Source: Monocercomonoides exilis PA203
Lineage: Eukaryota; Protista; Preaxostyla
DNA length: 64,000 nt
Reading direction: 5' to 3'
Assembly: GCA_001643675.2 (NCBI GenBank)
Contig: LSRY02000001.1
Span: 1,674,001-1,738,000 of the forward strand
Below, one piece after another: positions 12,393 through 23,270 of the stretch. Numbering within the stretch: position 1 is the stretch's first letter; each line of letters begins with the position of its first letter. A model generated the notes under the pieces. It did no database searches, was not told the origin of the DNA, and saw nothing but the letters and a program-made list of their open reading frames with translations. A program made the position numbers and the translations under genes.

Positions 12393-15300
12393 TTGCGGCT
12401 TGATGGAGGGTGTTGTGAAGTTGATGGCAGAGGGGTCATCGCTACTTGTGAAGAATAGCGAGTGGAAGGATGTTGCGTTTGGAGGGAGTGGAAGCATTTT
12501 GAGAAATGGAGAAGGAAGTTATGAAGGAATCAAAAACTGTGTGTTCACAAACATAACAGTGAAAAATGATAGAACAGATGAATTGCTGATCGAAAAAACT
12601 GGAAGGATGAAGAGAAGCGAATTGGAGGATTGCTTTGTTGAAAGATCGATAAATGTGCTGGAAGGAGGGATTGTGAGCGGAGCACAGGGATCTGTTTTCT
12701 TTTCGTGCAACAATTGCACATTCCTTCAAAACGAAAGAACTGATCGGAGAATGAGAAACACAGAAAGAAATTCGACAACTGAAACACAGAGCTTTACGAA
12801 CGCTGAATGGCACGGATGCTCTGCTGAGTGTGGCGGAGCGCTCTATGTCCACGACAATCCTGATGCCACACTCACTGTTCTGAATTCGTCTTTTGCGAAG
12901 TGCAATGCAACATCAACCAGAGGAGGTGGTATTTTTGCTTTGAATATTGCAGAATGCACCATAAAGCATTCAACATTTGTTGAGTGCTATTGTTCTTCAT
13001 CTCATAACTGTGGTGGAGCTGGAGCAGAAATACAAGATTTGAATATACAAGTTCTTGTTGACAATTGTTTGTTCAAAGATGGATGGTCAGAAAATGACGC
13101 AGGAGGCCTTGGAATTTGGAGCTCAAAAACAACAAAAACAAAAGATTGTATTTTGAATTGTCTTTTCCAAAACTGCAGCATTCATAGCATTGAAGATTCA
13201 GATGGAGGAGGCATTATTATTTGGAATACAATTGATATAATTGTGTTTCGAAATTGTCTATTTCGAGAATGCTATTCAGTTCGTCGAGGAGGAGGCTTAA
13301 GCATTTCTCCGAATGGATATGATGGAAATCTGTTATGGTTTTGTTTTTTCCACGATAATACAGCTCCATATGCAAGTGATATATATATATCAGATATATT
13401 ATCAATTTCTCAACTTTTTGGATGCTATTCAACTGGAGCAGACGAAAGCAGATGTTATGCAGGTGGGAACAAAGGCGAATGGCTTCCGAACAATGGAGGG
13501 AAATGCAGGTTTGTTGGTCCAGCTCAAATTCAAACAAATGCAAAAGACACATTTAGCTGTGGGCTGAATGAATCTTGTGCGTGCCTCACAATCAGCCATT
13601 GCATGTCCCAGTTGATTGTGGGGTTTGTGGAGGAAATGAAGGTGGTGGCTGGAACAGTTGTGGAAGAAAAAGGAGTTGATATTGGAGAGAAAACGATCAG
13701 TGTGAAAGGGGCTTCCTCATCTGGCTCTGCCATTGAAACGAAATTCGGAGCAAATGAGTTGAGCCTGTTTTGTGTTGGAACAGGGGTGTTGAGCATGAGT
13801 GATCTGTCTGTGGTTCACAACACATCGCTTGAAAACAGCAGGCAATGCAGACTGTTTGAGATTGAAGGGGATGGAGGGATCAATTTGGAGAGAATGAACA
13901 TTTCGATGGATACTGCTCATTCAGAAGAGAGGAGGATTCAGAACTCGCTGGTGAAGATGGATGGGGGAGAGTTGAAGATGCAAGGTGTGAGATGGGATCG
14001 AACATTCAGCACCACAAATATGTTTTCTCTGCCTCAAGAATCGTCTATTTCATTGTCTCTGGATGGCTGTGTGTTCAGCAACATTGTGAGGACAACAGCA
14101 GGGCCATCGATGATAAGTGTAAGTGAAGGGACATATTCGATATCACTTGAAGGGTGCACTGTTGATGGTTGTGGGAGTGAAGCCTCTGAGTTTGGAGGGG
14201 GTATGTTGGTTGAAGTGGAAAGTGGGAGTTCATTGAATGTGAAAGGAGGTGTTGTCAAAAACTGCTATGCTTCGATCACTCAAGGGAGAGGAGGAGGAAT
14301 TGGGCTGAAAGTGAAAGATACAAGTGTAGACTTTTTGATTTCATCAAATTTTGAAGGAAACAGGGCCAAATGGGGAAGTGATATTTTTGTTGACTCGATC
14401 GATCTGGAATCAACAGCAAAAAGTGGAAAGATAACATGTTTGACAGCTTCATTTGAAACAAGGAGCAAAATACAAGGATTTGACAAAGGGAATGAATCAA
14501 CACCAATTCCACTTTGTGTTTATCTGATTCCTTTACCAGATGAGATTATTGTGAGCAATGCTGATGCATTTGACAACTTTTATTGCGGATACGCTGAGAT
14601 TCCCTGTCTCACACTGAAGCATTCATTGGAAAGGCAAAATAATGAAAAGAAGATTGTTGTCGGCGGAATGATTGAAATGAAAAATGAGCTGACATTTGAT
14701 TCCTTCAAGCACACAATCAGAGGGCAGGATGAAAACAGTGGATGGAAAGTGATTGATGAATGTGATGGAAGTGGAGAAAGCATGATAGCAGTCAGAACAA
14801 ATGCTATTTTGAAATCACTCACTTTCTCTGTCCCTTCTATTCTTCCAAATCATGAAGCATTCTTCAGTTCTTCCTCACAATTATTTTCTGTTGAGAGCTG
14901 CTCACTGAGTTTTCAAAACTCCCAGTCAGTATTATCATATGTGTTTTTATCTGTATCAGCGGGAAAGGTTTCTGTATCATCTTTTGTTGTATTATCCTTG
15001 ACAATTGGGAATTGTCCGTTGATTTGCCTTGATGGAAGCAACGTGGATGGCACTTTCGCTTCCATGAGCATTGAAGATATTTGCAGGGAGACAAAGAGTG
15101 TTTTGTTTGGAGTGGGGAATGGAGCATCTTTTTCGATCAAAGACTCAACACTTTCAGTGAAAGCATCCACACAAGCAGATTCATCATCAGCAGGATCAAT
15201 TCGAGTGATTTCGACAAAAGGTGCGAAATTGATGAAGCTGACAAATAATACGATGAGCGGATTCAAGGGAATTGGAGAAAATGGAGGAGCAATGGAATGC

Positions 15301-18300
15301 ACACTTGGGAGTGATTGCACTCTGGAAATAGTTGGAGGGACGATGTCTGGGTGTGAGAGCAAGGGGGGAAATGGAGGAGGGTTGTGGGCTGAGATGGAAG
15401 AAGGGTCGGCATTCACTGTGGGAAACTTGACGAACACTGACCAAGTGAATGGATCAACTTCAAGTGATGAAAGTTGTTTGTTGGAATTCACGAATTGCAG
15501 AGCAAGGGAAAACACAGATGGAGAGTGTGGATATGGAGGAGGGATTTATCTTCATCTGGATGAAGGAGCAAGCTCATTCACTTTGAAGGATGTTTCATTT
15601 CCTGGGTGTGATGCCAGAGAGGGGAAAGACATTTTTATTAATGCAGATGATCTTTCAAATGTGATAGACAGAGAATCGATCAGTTTCGGAGCCGACTTGA
15701 ATGAGCTAACAAAATTGAATGGATTTGAGAGATTGGGGCTGAACGAAGCATTTGCTATTCCGCTGGTCTTGTATTTGTGGAATAACTTTTCTGCGCCAGG
15801 GTTTGTTGGGGGATCATCAAGCCAGGATTTTTCGATGTGTGGGTTTGAGACTTTTCCATGCTCAACAATCGCCAAGGCAGCATCAGTGCACTTTGAAGGG
15901 AAGAAAAAGGATGTTGCTCTTCTTGAGCCATTTGTCTTTGAGGAGGAATTGAGCTTGACTGGAAATGAATGGAGTGTGAAGGGAAAAGAGAATGAGATGA
16001 AATGCGATGTTTGTGATCGAATTCCAGGAACACAAAGTGGATTGATAGAGAATACGATTCCAACATCTGTGGCTGGTCTTGTGTTTTCTTTGACGGAATC
16101 CCTGTCTTTTCATGAAAGTGTGTTTGAGTGCCATTCAGGGAAGCTCACGCTGAACAAATGCGGGATGGAAGGAGGCTCTGAAGGCATTTCGACAGTGTTT
16201 GTGAAGGCTGTTGGAGGGGTTGTGGAAGTGATTGAGTTTTCAACAAAAAATTTGAAAATTGGAGATTCATCGTTTTTCATTGTTGAGGGAAGCGCTGAAA
16301 GTGTGCCTTCGATAAATATGACGAAGAGCGATTTTGGAGAAATCACTTTGGGAAATGGGTGTGTTGTTGAGTGCCACAACGGAAATATTGAAGAGATGTC
16401 AGGATGCACATTTTCATCGATTACTCGTTCGAAGGGAAGTGGAGGATGCATCAGCATTAGGAATGAAGAAGATGGAAGCGATTATGAAGTTGAGATGTTG
16501 AATTGCAATTTCGAAGACTGTGCTGTTGTTGGGGAGGAAGAGGAAACTGGAGGAGGTACATTCTTTTTCGAAGCATCTGCAAACACTAACCTACTAATAA
16601 GCAGGTGTAAGTTTTATTGTTGCACAACTCCATTTGAAGGTGAAAGTGTTGGGTTTGGAGGAGGAATAATGTTGAACTTGTTGAATGGAGAGGAGGAGGA
16701 GGCAGGATTTGTGATATCCTCTCCACTTTTTTCATCTGAAAAGCCAAACAATGCGAAGTTTGGGAAGGACTTGTTTATTTCATCTCCATCGCTTGTCAAG
16801 AGCATCAAGAACGAAACTCTGCCATTTGTGAAAGATCGATTGGAGTTGGTGACAGAGGACTCGATGAGAGGGTTTGATGGAGGAAACAGAGAATGTGCAA
16901 TCCCGCTGATCTATTTCTGGAGAAAGATTGGATCGAGCGTGAATGTTGCAAGAGGAGGGAACAATGTGGTTGTGTGTGGGCTGTTGGAGTATCCATGTGC
17001 TTCTGTGGATTATGGGGTGAAGCGGGGAAGAAACTTGGGGGTGGAGTCGATTGCAGTTCAGGGGGTTTGCGATGTGATGAGCGAAATGAGGATGAGTGGG
17101 ATGAAGCTGGAAGGAGCGAATGGCGAGTGGGACAGAATCGAATTTGTTCGAGCTGTTGAAGGGGAAGGGGATTGTGTTGTTGAATGCAAAGGGGTTGTTC
17201 AATTCGAAGAAGTGGGGATGGTGATTCCGACAGCCTTTGACAATGGGGCAGGGACTCTCATGGAGGCAGGCGCTGATTCAGTGAAAACGAGTGTTGTGAG
17301 TTGTGCAATCCATATGAAAGATGGTGCTGAAGGAGCGTTGTCATTTGTGCTGATGAGGGCATCAAAAGGAATTGTTTCGATTGAAAAGGCAAAGATAGCA
17401 GGTCTGGTATCGAGGCACGAGATTTTGAGGATATCAGCTGACTGTGTGGTATCAATGAGCGAAACGATATTTAAGGATATTGCATTGAGTGGGATAAGTG
17501 CACTGACAATGAGCGAAAGTGAGATTTCTGGAAACAGAAATGGCAATGGAGAAGAGGAGTGGAATATTCTATTTGAGAAATGCACATTTGTGAATATGAA
17601 GCAAAATGAGTTGAACAATCCCTCGCTCCTTTGCTGCAATGCGAATGATGAAGTGAAGGTGAAAATGGAGAATTCGACAACTGATGGTTGTGGGTCTGAA
17701 AGCTCTCATGAAGGAGGAGGGGTGTTTTTCGTTCTCAATGAAAGGGGGAGATTGGAGATGAATCACACGAATGTGACAGACTGTTTCTGCTCGAACACTG
17801 GGAGAGGTGGAGGATTGTTTTTAAAATCGCAAAGTGTCTCACGGAAGGCATTGCCATTTGTGTTGTCAAACATCACATTCCGAAAAAACGTGGCATTGAA
17901 GGGGAGGGATGTGTTTGTGAAGTGCACAGATCTTGACTCGCAGATAAGTGAATCACAATTTCTGATAAATTTTGGAGAGCCATTTGTGAGGGAGCTGGAG
18001 ATATGGGGGTGCACATCAGATGATTATGGGGATGAAAAGGATCTGCTGGGGAGGGTGTTTGTGTTCAGGAGCGAATTCATATTTGTGTCATCGATTGTGG
18101 GGAACAGCAGCAACAGCAAGAATTGTGGGGAGATGAAGGGTATGTGCTCATCATTGGATGTTGGAGTGAGCCACATTATTCCTTCAGATTATTCGCAGTT
18201 GTATGTTTGGAATGAAACCAGATTAAGTGGCTCATGCTCTGCTCAGAAGGTGACGATCAAATCGATGGAAGCAAGTGGGATTGCTGAGATAAAGGTGTGT

Positions 18301-21069
18301 GAAATTGAGGTGGCGGGTGAGGATGGGATAACAAGTTCGGAGTATGTTCGAGTTGAGAAAGTGTCATTTGTTTTTAGTGGAATGGAGAATGTTGCCTTCT
18401 CGAGCTTAATACACCAGCTGAACGGATATCTTATTCTCGAATCTGTTTCATTTCTGTCTGAAAGCAGAACCACAGAGAATTCGCGAACATCATTTGATTC
18501 TTCTTTATTGGTTGTTGAGGATGGGATATTTGAGGCAGAAAAGTGCATTGTTAGCTGTTTGGGATTCTCGAAGCCTGTGTTCCGAGTCTTGAGCTCAGAA
18601 AGAGCAACATTTGAGGATCTGACGATCAGGAATGCCAAGTGTACAAGCTCAGTGATTGAATGCGGCTCAAGTCAGAACATGAGTGTGCTGAGGCTGGAAG
18701 CAACAAGCATCACTCTTCAAGATAGGAGCCTGATTTCATTTGAAAATCACCAACCATCTCTGACTGTTTCATTTGCGCAATCGTTGTTTGCAAACATCAG
18801 CCGAACATCATGTATATCTTGCATTATTTGTGGAGCTCGATCAATGGGATGTTTAGAGATGCACAATTGCTCTTTTCATGAATGCACATCGCGTTCGGTG
18901 AAGGGGAGCCAAGTGGCAATTGCTTTGACTGAGAATGTTTTGATAGATTCGTGTGTGTTTGAGGGAAGCTTGCTTGTCGGTGCAGATGAAATGAAGGGGA
19001 TTGTCGATGAGATCTGCAAATGGAATGGTTCTGTTGTAGACTTGTCGAAGAGCGAAGCAGTTGTGAGAGACACAACGATATGCAACTCCTCAAAGGGAGG
19101 TTTGACCGTGAGTGGAGGATCTTTGATGATTGAGAAAGGAGAATTATCAAACAACAATCCTTTCATTGAGAAATTTCCCTCTCTTCGCCGAAACATCATT
19201 TGCTCAGATTCAGCGTCATTGACCATTTCCAGTTTAAAAGGAGGTGATGGGGCGTTGCCAAATACTTCAATTTGGATGCTGGATGATGGCTGCACAGTTG
19301 GAGGGATTATATCTGAGAGGGATTCACCGTTCTTCATCCCAGTATTGGAGAGTGTTGAAGTGAAGGAAGCTGGATCAGAAGTGGAAGTTGTGTTTAAAGG
19401 AGCTCTGCTTCTCCCGTGCAACTTGTCATTCATGGTTGTGAAGCAGATGGGAGATGAAAAACAGATAGAAAAATATGAGTTTGATGAGAGTGGGCATGTG
19501 TCGGAGACAGAGGCAACTGGGAGATTGCGAAAGGAGACGATTGGGGAAGCAGAAGACGAGGCAGAAGTGAGAGTGTGCATTCTGTTTGGGGGCTCTGATG
19601 ATTTGTCATCCACTGATTCTTTCATTCTGAAGAACAAAAGTGAGTCAAAATTGAAAGGAAATGAAAGGATTACTGAAAATGGAAATGAGAAGAAGTCATG
19701 GTGGGTTGTTGTTGTAATTTCATGCCTCATTTTCTTAATTTTGCTTTCAATAATTGTTGTTTTGGCTGTTCGTTGGAGAAAAGCAAAGAATGAGAATAAA
19801 GATCTTAGAGAGATTGTGAACGATAATATCAGAAAAGATCCGAAGGCATTTGAGATGGTGACGATGGAGATGTCTCCTGAGGAGCAGTGGAGGAGAGCAG
19901 AGAGAGAGGCAGAGAAAAAGAATGAAGAGAGGATCAAGAAGAGAATATATGAGACGAATATGGAACATTCAGAATCATCGGAGCATCTTCTATCTGAGAG
20001 TGGATCTACAGAATATATTTTGGGTAGAGACTCAGACAAGATCCCTGAATGGGCACTGGAGAAGGTTGAAGAAGAAGAGATTCGAAAGAGATCACCATCA
20101 CCTTCCATCTCATCCACTTCCACCACTTCAACAACAGACTCAGATTCGACATTTGTTCGGGGAGAAGAACTGTGCCCAACCACCTCGTCGATGTCGAATC
20201 TAGTGGATGTGATGGCGTGTTCGTCTCCCCATGAGAAGCTGATTGTGGATTTGAGAGATTCACTGTTCATGCTGTTGCATGGAAAGAACAAGACAAAGGA
20301 GATGCCTATTGGCACTCTGCAGGAGAGGGAGATGACAGCTGCCCAAATCCTGTACTGGGTGGCAAATCTTGCACTTCATTCATTTGACGAAATGGACAAT
20401 CCTCTCTCATCGCTTGCCAATCTCAGTCCTCACATTGTGCTGTTCTCTGAGCGCATGGTGATCTGCATTGTGATGCACTCTGGCTTCCTTTCTTCTGATG
20501 ATTCAGATTCCTCATCGATCTCTTCATTAACTGTTGTCTCTTCTTCGTCGTCCAATATTTCAGTGATGAGCGAAAGATTCACAGACTCTCCACCTCCTTC
20601 ATCTGCCTTTGAGGACGAGGACGATATCAGAAAAGAGTGCCTGAGGTGGAAAGCACCAGAACTGCTGATGAACAAGAAGATGGGAGCAACAAAGGAATCA
20701 GTTGTGTTTTCGATTGGGATGATGTTGTGGGAATGCTTGACCTTGGAGATTCCGTTTGGAGAGTATGATGGAGATGGAGCAGGGCAGAAAATCAAAAATG
20801 GAGAAAGACCGAATATGAAGCATGCAGAGGGAAGTGAACTCTGCGATGTGGCAAGAGGATGCTTGTCGAGCGAAGAGAGCGAGCGGCCTTTGCTTGTGGA
20901 TTTGAAGAAAGTATTTGTGCAACATCTCCCGAAAGATGCGTTCATATTCACGATTGCAGATGCACTATTCACCGAGAACCCGAACAATGCGAGAAGTGGA
21001 GCAGAAAGTGAAACAGAAAGTGAAACAGAAGGCTGGACGACTGAGCCAGCAACCATTCGAGATCGATGA
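12034..21069 (+). CDS. 3011-aa single-pass receptor-like protein: signal peptide, pectin-lyase-like/POMP-type beta-helix ectodomain, TM helix, degenerate TKL-like kinase C-lobe
   Basis: Uninterrupted ORF. N-terminal MIPFVLVLLLFSPICG. Repeated GGA/GGG[I/L] and FxNC motifs plus five CG-x4/5-(P)C motifs. TM WWVVVVISCLIFLILLSIIVVLAV at ~19699-19770. Kinase motifs RWKAPE, VFSIGMMLWECLT, IPFGE and ERP. Confidence 0.92.
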   Translation: MIPFVLVLLLFSPICGKEENDILRTEYASIDASVSMKRQVSTKGSVIRMFCEIHNSTAELKGISLETPEGCLMFEIRAGSFLKAEDCLLMKKSSFGTHYILNEGACEMANTSLRIEKDSDCGLMEGVVKLMAEGSSLLVKNSEWKDVAFGGSGSILRNGEGSYEGIKNCVFTNITVKNDRTDELLIEKTGRMKRSELEDCFVERSINVLEGGIVSGAQGSVFFSCNNCTFLQNERTDRRMRNTERNSTTETQSFTNAEWHGCSAECGGALYVHDNPDATLTVLNSSFAKCNATSTRGGGIFALNIAECTIKHSTFVECYCSSSHNCGGAGAEIQDLNIQVLVDNCLFKDGWSENDAGGLGIWSSKTTKTKDCILNCLFQNCSIHSIEDSDGGGIIIWNTIDIIVFRNCLFRECYSVRRGGGLSISPNGYDGNLLWFCFFHDNTAPYASDIYISDILSISQLFGCYSTGADESRCYAGGNKGEWLPNNGGKCRFVGPAQIQTNAKDTFSCGLNESCACLTISHCMSQLIVGFVEEMKVVAGTVVEEKGVDIGEKTISVKGASSSGSAIETKFGANELSLFCVGTGVLSMSDLSVVHNTSLENSRQCRLFEIEGDGGINLERMNISMDTAHSEERRIQNSLVKMDGGELKMQGVRWDRTFSTTNMFSLPQESSISLSLDGCVFSNIVRTTAGPSMISVSEGTYSISLEGCTVDGCGSEASEFGGGMLVEVESGSSLNVKGGVVKNCYASITQGRGGGIGLKVKDTSVDFLISSNFEGNRAKWGSDIFVDSIDLESTAKSGKITCLTASFETRSKIQGFDKGNESTPIPLCVYLIPLPDEIIVSNADAFDNFYCGYAEIPCLTLKHSLERQNNEKKIVVGGMIEMKNELTFDSFKHTIRGQDENSGWKVIDECDGSGESMIAVRTNAILKSLTFSVPSILPNHEAFFSSSSQLFSVESCSLSFQNSQSVLSYVFLSVSAGKVSVSSFVVLSLTIGNCPLICLDGSNVDGTFASMSIEDICRETKSVLFGVGNGASFSIKDSTLSVKASTQADSSSAGSIRVISTKGAKLMKLTNNTMSGFKGIGENGGAMECTLGSDCTLEIVGGTMSGCESKGGNGGGLWAEMEEGSAFTVGNLTNTDQVNGSTSSDESCLLEFTNCRARENTDGECGYGGGIYLHLDEGASSFTLKDVSFPGCDAREGKDIFINADDLSNVIDRESISFGADLNELTKLNGFERLGLNEAFAIPLVLYLWNNFSAPGFVGGSSSQDFSMCGFETFPCSTIAKAASVHFEGKKKDVALLEPFVFEEELSLTGNEWSVKGKENEMKCDVCDRIPGTQSGLIENTIPTSVAGLVFSLTESLSFHESVFECHSGKLTLNKCGMEGGSEGISTVFVKAVGGVVEVIEFSTKNLKIGDSSFFIVEGSAESVPSINMTKSDFGEITLGNGCVVECHNGNIEEMSGCTFSSITRSKGSGGCISIRNEEDGSDYEVEMLNCNFEDCAVVGEEEETGGGTFFFEASANTNLLISRCKFYCCTTPFEGESVGFGGGIMLNLLNGEEEEAGFVISSPLFSSEKPNNAKFGKDLFISSPSLVKSIKNETLPFVKDRLELVTEDSMRGFDGGNRECAIPLIYFWRKIGSSVNVARGGNNVVVCGLLEYPCASVDYGVKRGRNLGVESIAVQGVCDVMSEMRMSGMKLEGANGEWDRIEFVRAVEGEGDCVVECKGVVQFEEVGMVIPTAFDNGAGTLMEAGADSVKTSVVSCAIHMKDGAEGALSFVLMRASKGIVSIEKAKIAGLVSRHEILRISADCVVSMSETIFKDIALSGISALTMSESEISGNRNGNGEEEWNILFEKCTFVNMKQNELNNPSLLCCNANDEVKVKMENSTTDGCGSESSHEGGGVFFVLNERGRLEMNHTNVTDCFCSNTGRGGGLFLKSQSVSRKALPFVLSNITFRKNVALKGRDVFVKCTDLDSQISESQFLINFGEPFVRELEIWGCTSDDYGDEKDLLGRVFVFRSEFIFVSSIVGNSSNSKNCGEMKGMCSSLDVGVSHIIPSDYSQLYVWNETRLSGSCSAQKVTIKSMEASGIAEIKVCEIEVAGEDGITSSEYVRVEKVSFVFSGMENVAFSSLIHQLNGYLILESVSFLSESRTTENSRTSFDSSLLVVEDGIFEAEKCIVSCLGFSKPVFRVLSSERATFEDLTIRNAKCTSSVIECGSSQNMSVLRLEATSITLQDRSLISFENHQPSLTVSFAQSLFANISRTSCISCIICGARSMGCLEMHNCSFHECTSRSVKGSQVAIALTENVLIDSCVFEGSLLVGADEMKGIVDEICKWNGSVVDLSKSEAVVRDTTICNSSKGGLTVSGGSLMIEKGELSNNNPFIEKFPSLRRNIICSDSASLTISSLKGGDGALPNTSIWMLDDGCTVGGIISERDSPFFIPVLESVEVKEAGSEVEVVFKGALLLPCNLSFMVVKQMGDEKQIEKYEFDESGHVSETEATGRLRKETIGEAEDEAEVRVCILFGGSDDLSSTDSFILKNKSESKLKGNERITENGNEKKSWWVVVVISCLIFLILLSIIVVLAVRWRKAKNENKDLREIVNDNIRKDPKAFEMVTMEMSPEEQWRRAEREAEKKNEERIKKRIYETNMEHSESSEHLLSESGSTEYILGRDSDKIPEWALEKVEEEEIRKRSPSPSISSTSTTSTTDSDSTFVRGEELCPTTSSMSNLVDVMACSSPHEKLIVDLRDSLFMLLHGKNKTKEMPIGTLQEREMTAAQILYWVANLALHSFDEMDNPLSSLANLSPHIVLFSERMVICIVMHSGFLSSDDSDSSSISSLTVVSSSSSNISVMSERFTDSPPPSSAFEDEDDIRKECLRWKAPELLMNKKMGATKESVVFSIGMMLWECLTLEIPFGEYDGDGAGQKIKNGERPNMKHAEGSELCDVARGCLSSEESERPLLVDLKKVFVQHLPKDAFIFTIADALFTENPNNARSGAESETESETEGWTTEPATIRDR

Positions 21070-22360
21070 AAAAGAAGAAGTTGCAAGCTCTGAACCAACA
21101 AAGTGAAATGGTCGCTTTGACAGCCAAAAGCCCAAGCTGTGGTCTGTTAATAAATGGAGCATGTTGCATTGGTGTTGTTGGAACCAGTATTACGCACACC
21201 TGTCAGCAACAAACTTTGCCTGCTTTGAACACCAAACGGAGAAAGAGATTGGATTGCTTAAAATGATTTGGGGATATGCGTGTTGTGTGGAGAAACATTT
21301 TTATTTGGCCGGATGAAATGGATTGTGGTGTTGCTCCTTTGATCCATACAATTGCAGAATGGCTACAAATTTTCTTGGTTCTCTTTTATTATAATTTTCA
21401 GAAGAAGAAGAAGAAGAAGAAGAAGAAATAGCTCGGACAGATAAGTTTTTAACTGCTGTGTGCAGTTTCAAACATATCAATAGCCATCATTTCATATGCT
21501 TCGAGCTGTTTTTACGATATTAATAATATTAAATATGCATATTTCTTTTTGATATTTTAAAATGCCTTCTTTTCTCAAAATTTTATAAAATTATGTCGCT
21601 TGTCAATAAATGTGTGATTATTAATTTGCAGTTTTTGCCTTGAAATGGAACTTTTGAATTTGAAAATAAGTGGAACAAAAACCAAGATATAATTCTCCAA
21701 GTCTATTCTAATATGATGAACGAAAAAATCATTGAAGCTTTCAAATCGTTTAATGCAATGTGAAAACAAGAAATGGTGAAATAAGCCGAAAACTTTATTA
21801 GAAGAAAAATGTTATGAAAAAAATGAAAAATTGAGAAAGTTACAAAAAGAAATTTCTTTCATAATTTAGAACTCATTTGAAAAACCGTTATAAAAAAACA
21901 TTCATTCATTATTTGAACATGCCGTAAATAAAAAATGAAAAAATTCTATTTCCATGATTCAAAAAACACCAGAACCTTTTTAAAAATTGACATTCATTAT
22001 ATTGAAAGGTCATTCAATCATTCTTGACCATTTCCTTTCATGCGCCTTCAATCGTTAAATGATGTTCAGACAGTTAATAATTAAAATGTTAATGAAAGAA
22101 ATGCAAATTTTTCTGGAAAGAAATAAGAGTTCCTTATTCATAATATTGTAATTCTTTCACTTTTTGAAATTTGTTCATTTCAAAGAAAAATGGAAAACTT
22201 GTTTCATCAATATTTGTTCAAACGAGTAATTCACAAAGAGTGAAAACATTTGTTTCTATTTCCATTTGCTTTTCCCATAAAACCCATTGGTTGAGTTTAT
22301 ATTGTCTTTTGTTTGATAACATTTGATGAAATGAGAAAAAAAGTTTCAAAAAAATAAATA

Positions 22361-22738
22361 CAGATATCGCATCAAATACAGGACATCGCACAAAACACCG
22401 GACAATATCGATTTCACAATAACTGCAAGAGGAATTATTCAGATATTTTTCCTCAAAACACAACTCATCAATACAAACTCACGTGACATTCAAGACTTTC
22501 ACAAATTCCTTATTAATGCTCAGAAAAAAATTATTATTTAATTCTCTGAGAAACTATAAATCCTATTTCTCCGAGATTTCGATATATATTTTTTCTGAGC
22601 TTAAGCGAAGCTGTCCTGAAAGTTTTGTATATCAAATGAGTTTGTATTGATGAGATATATTTTGAGAGAAATTGTCAGAATAATTCCTCTTGAAGTTATT
22701 GTGAAATCGACCTTGTCCTGTATTTTGTGCGATATCTA
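22361..22738. mobile_element. Fold-back MITE family A, degenerate copy (Tc1/mariner-like CAG end, TA target site)
   Basis: TA|CAGATATCGCA ... TGCGATATCTA|TA. The whole element is an imperfect palindrome and is homologous to 24462-24838. Confidence 0.8.
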
Positions 22739-23270
22739 TAAATTTTGAATTTAAGATATGAAGCAAAAACAGATAAGTGTAAACAGTTTATGAAACTGTA
22801 TTTTTCATTTTTTGGAAAAGCTTGGTTCGCTGAGAAAAGTTTCTTTTTTGAAAATTAATAAACGCAATCACTCAGTGAGAAACAAAAATAATAAAACAAA
22901 CTAGTAATGAATTGTGTATAATTAGTTAATACATTTCATGAAAGAAAAAAAACGAATCATCGTTTGTTGAAAGTTGGCAGTCAAAAACAAAAAAGTGCCA
23001 ATGAAGTCTGTCCAAAAAAAATGTTGATCTTTCCAAAAAATGAAAATCATCACTCAAAATAAAAAAAAGATGTTCCCCACATCTCATGTGGAAACAATTC
23101 CTTATCTTTGATTGGTGAGTGTTTCATGATTTGACAAACTTTGAAGCAATAAAGTCACAAAGATGTGAAGTTTTGGAAATATTAACATTGTCTTTTTTGT
23201 TTGTATTCATTTTGATAATGAATTGTTAAGCAAATAGTCATTTTTTTAAAAGAAGATTGTTTATTTGGAA

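Noticed and set aside
18876-21101. Long antisense ORFs (479 and 223 aa) and similar shadow ORFs elsewhere
   Set aside because: They mirror the sense-strand codon bias, are Ser/Phe-rich and carry no motifs.
23071-23096. Small hairpin TGTTCCCCACAT-CTC-ATGTGGAAACA
   Set aside because: It is short and imperfect, and may be a remnant of repeat ends. There is no independent support.
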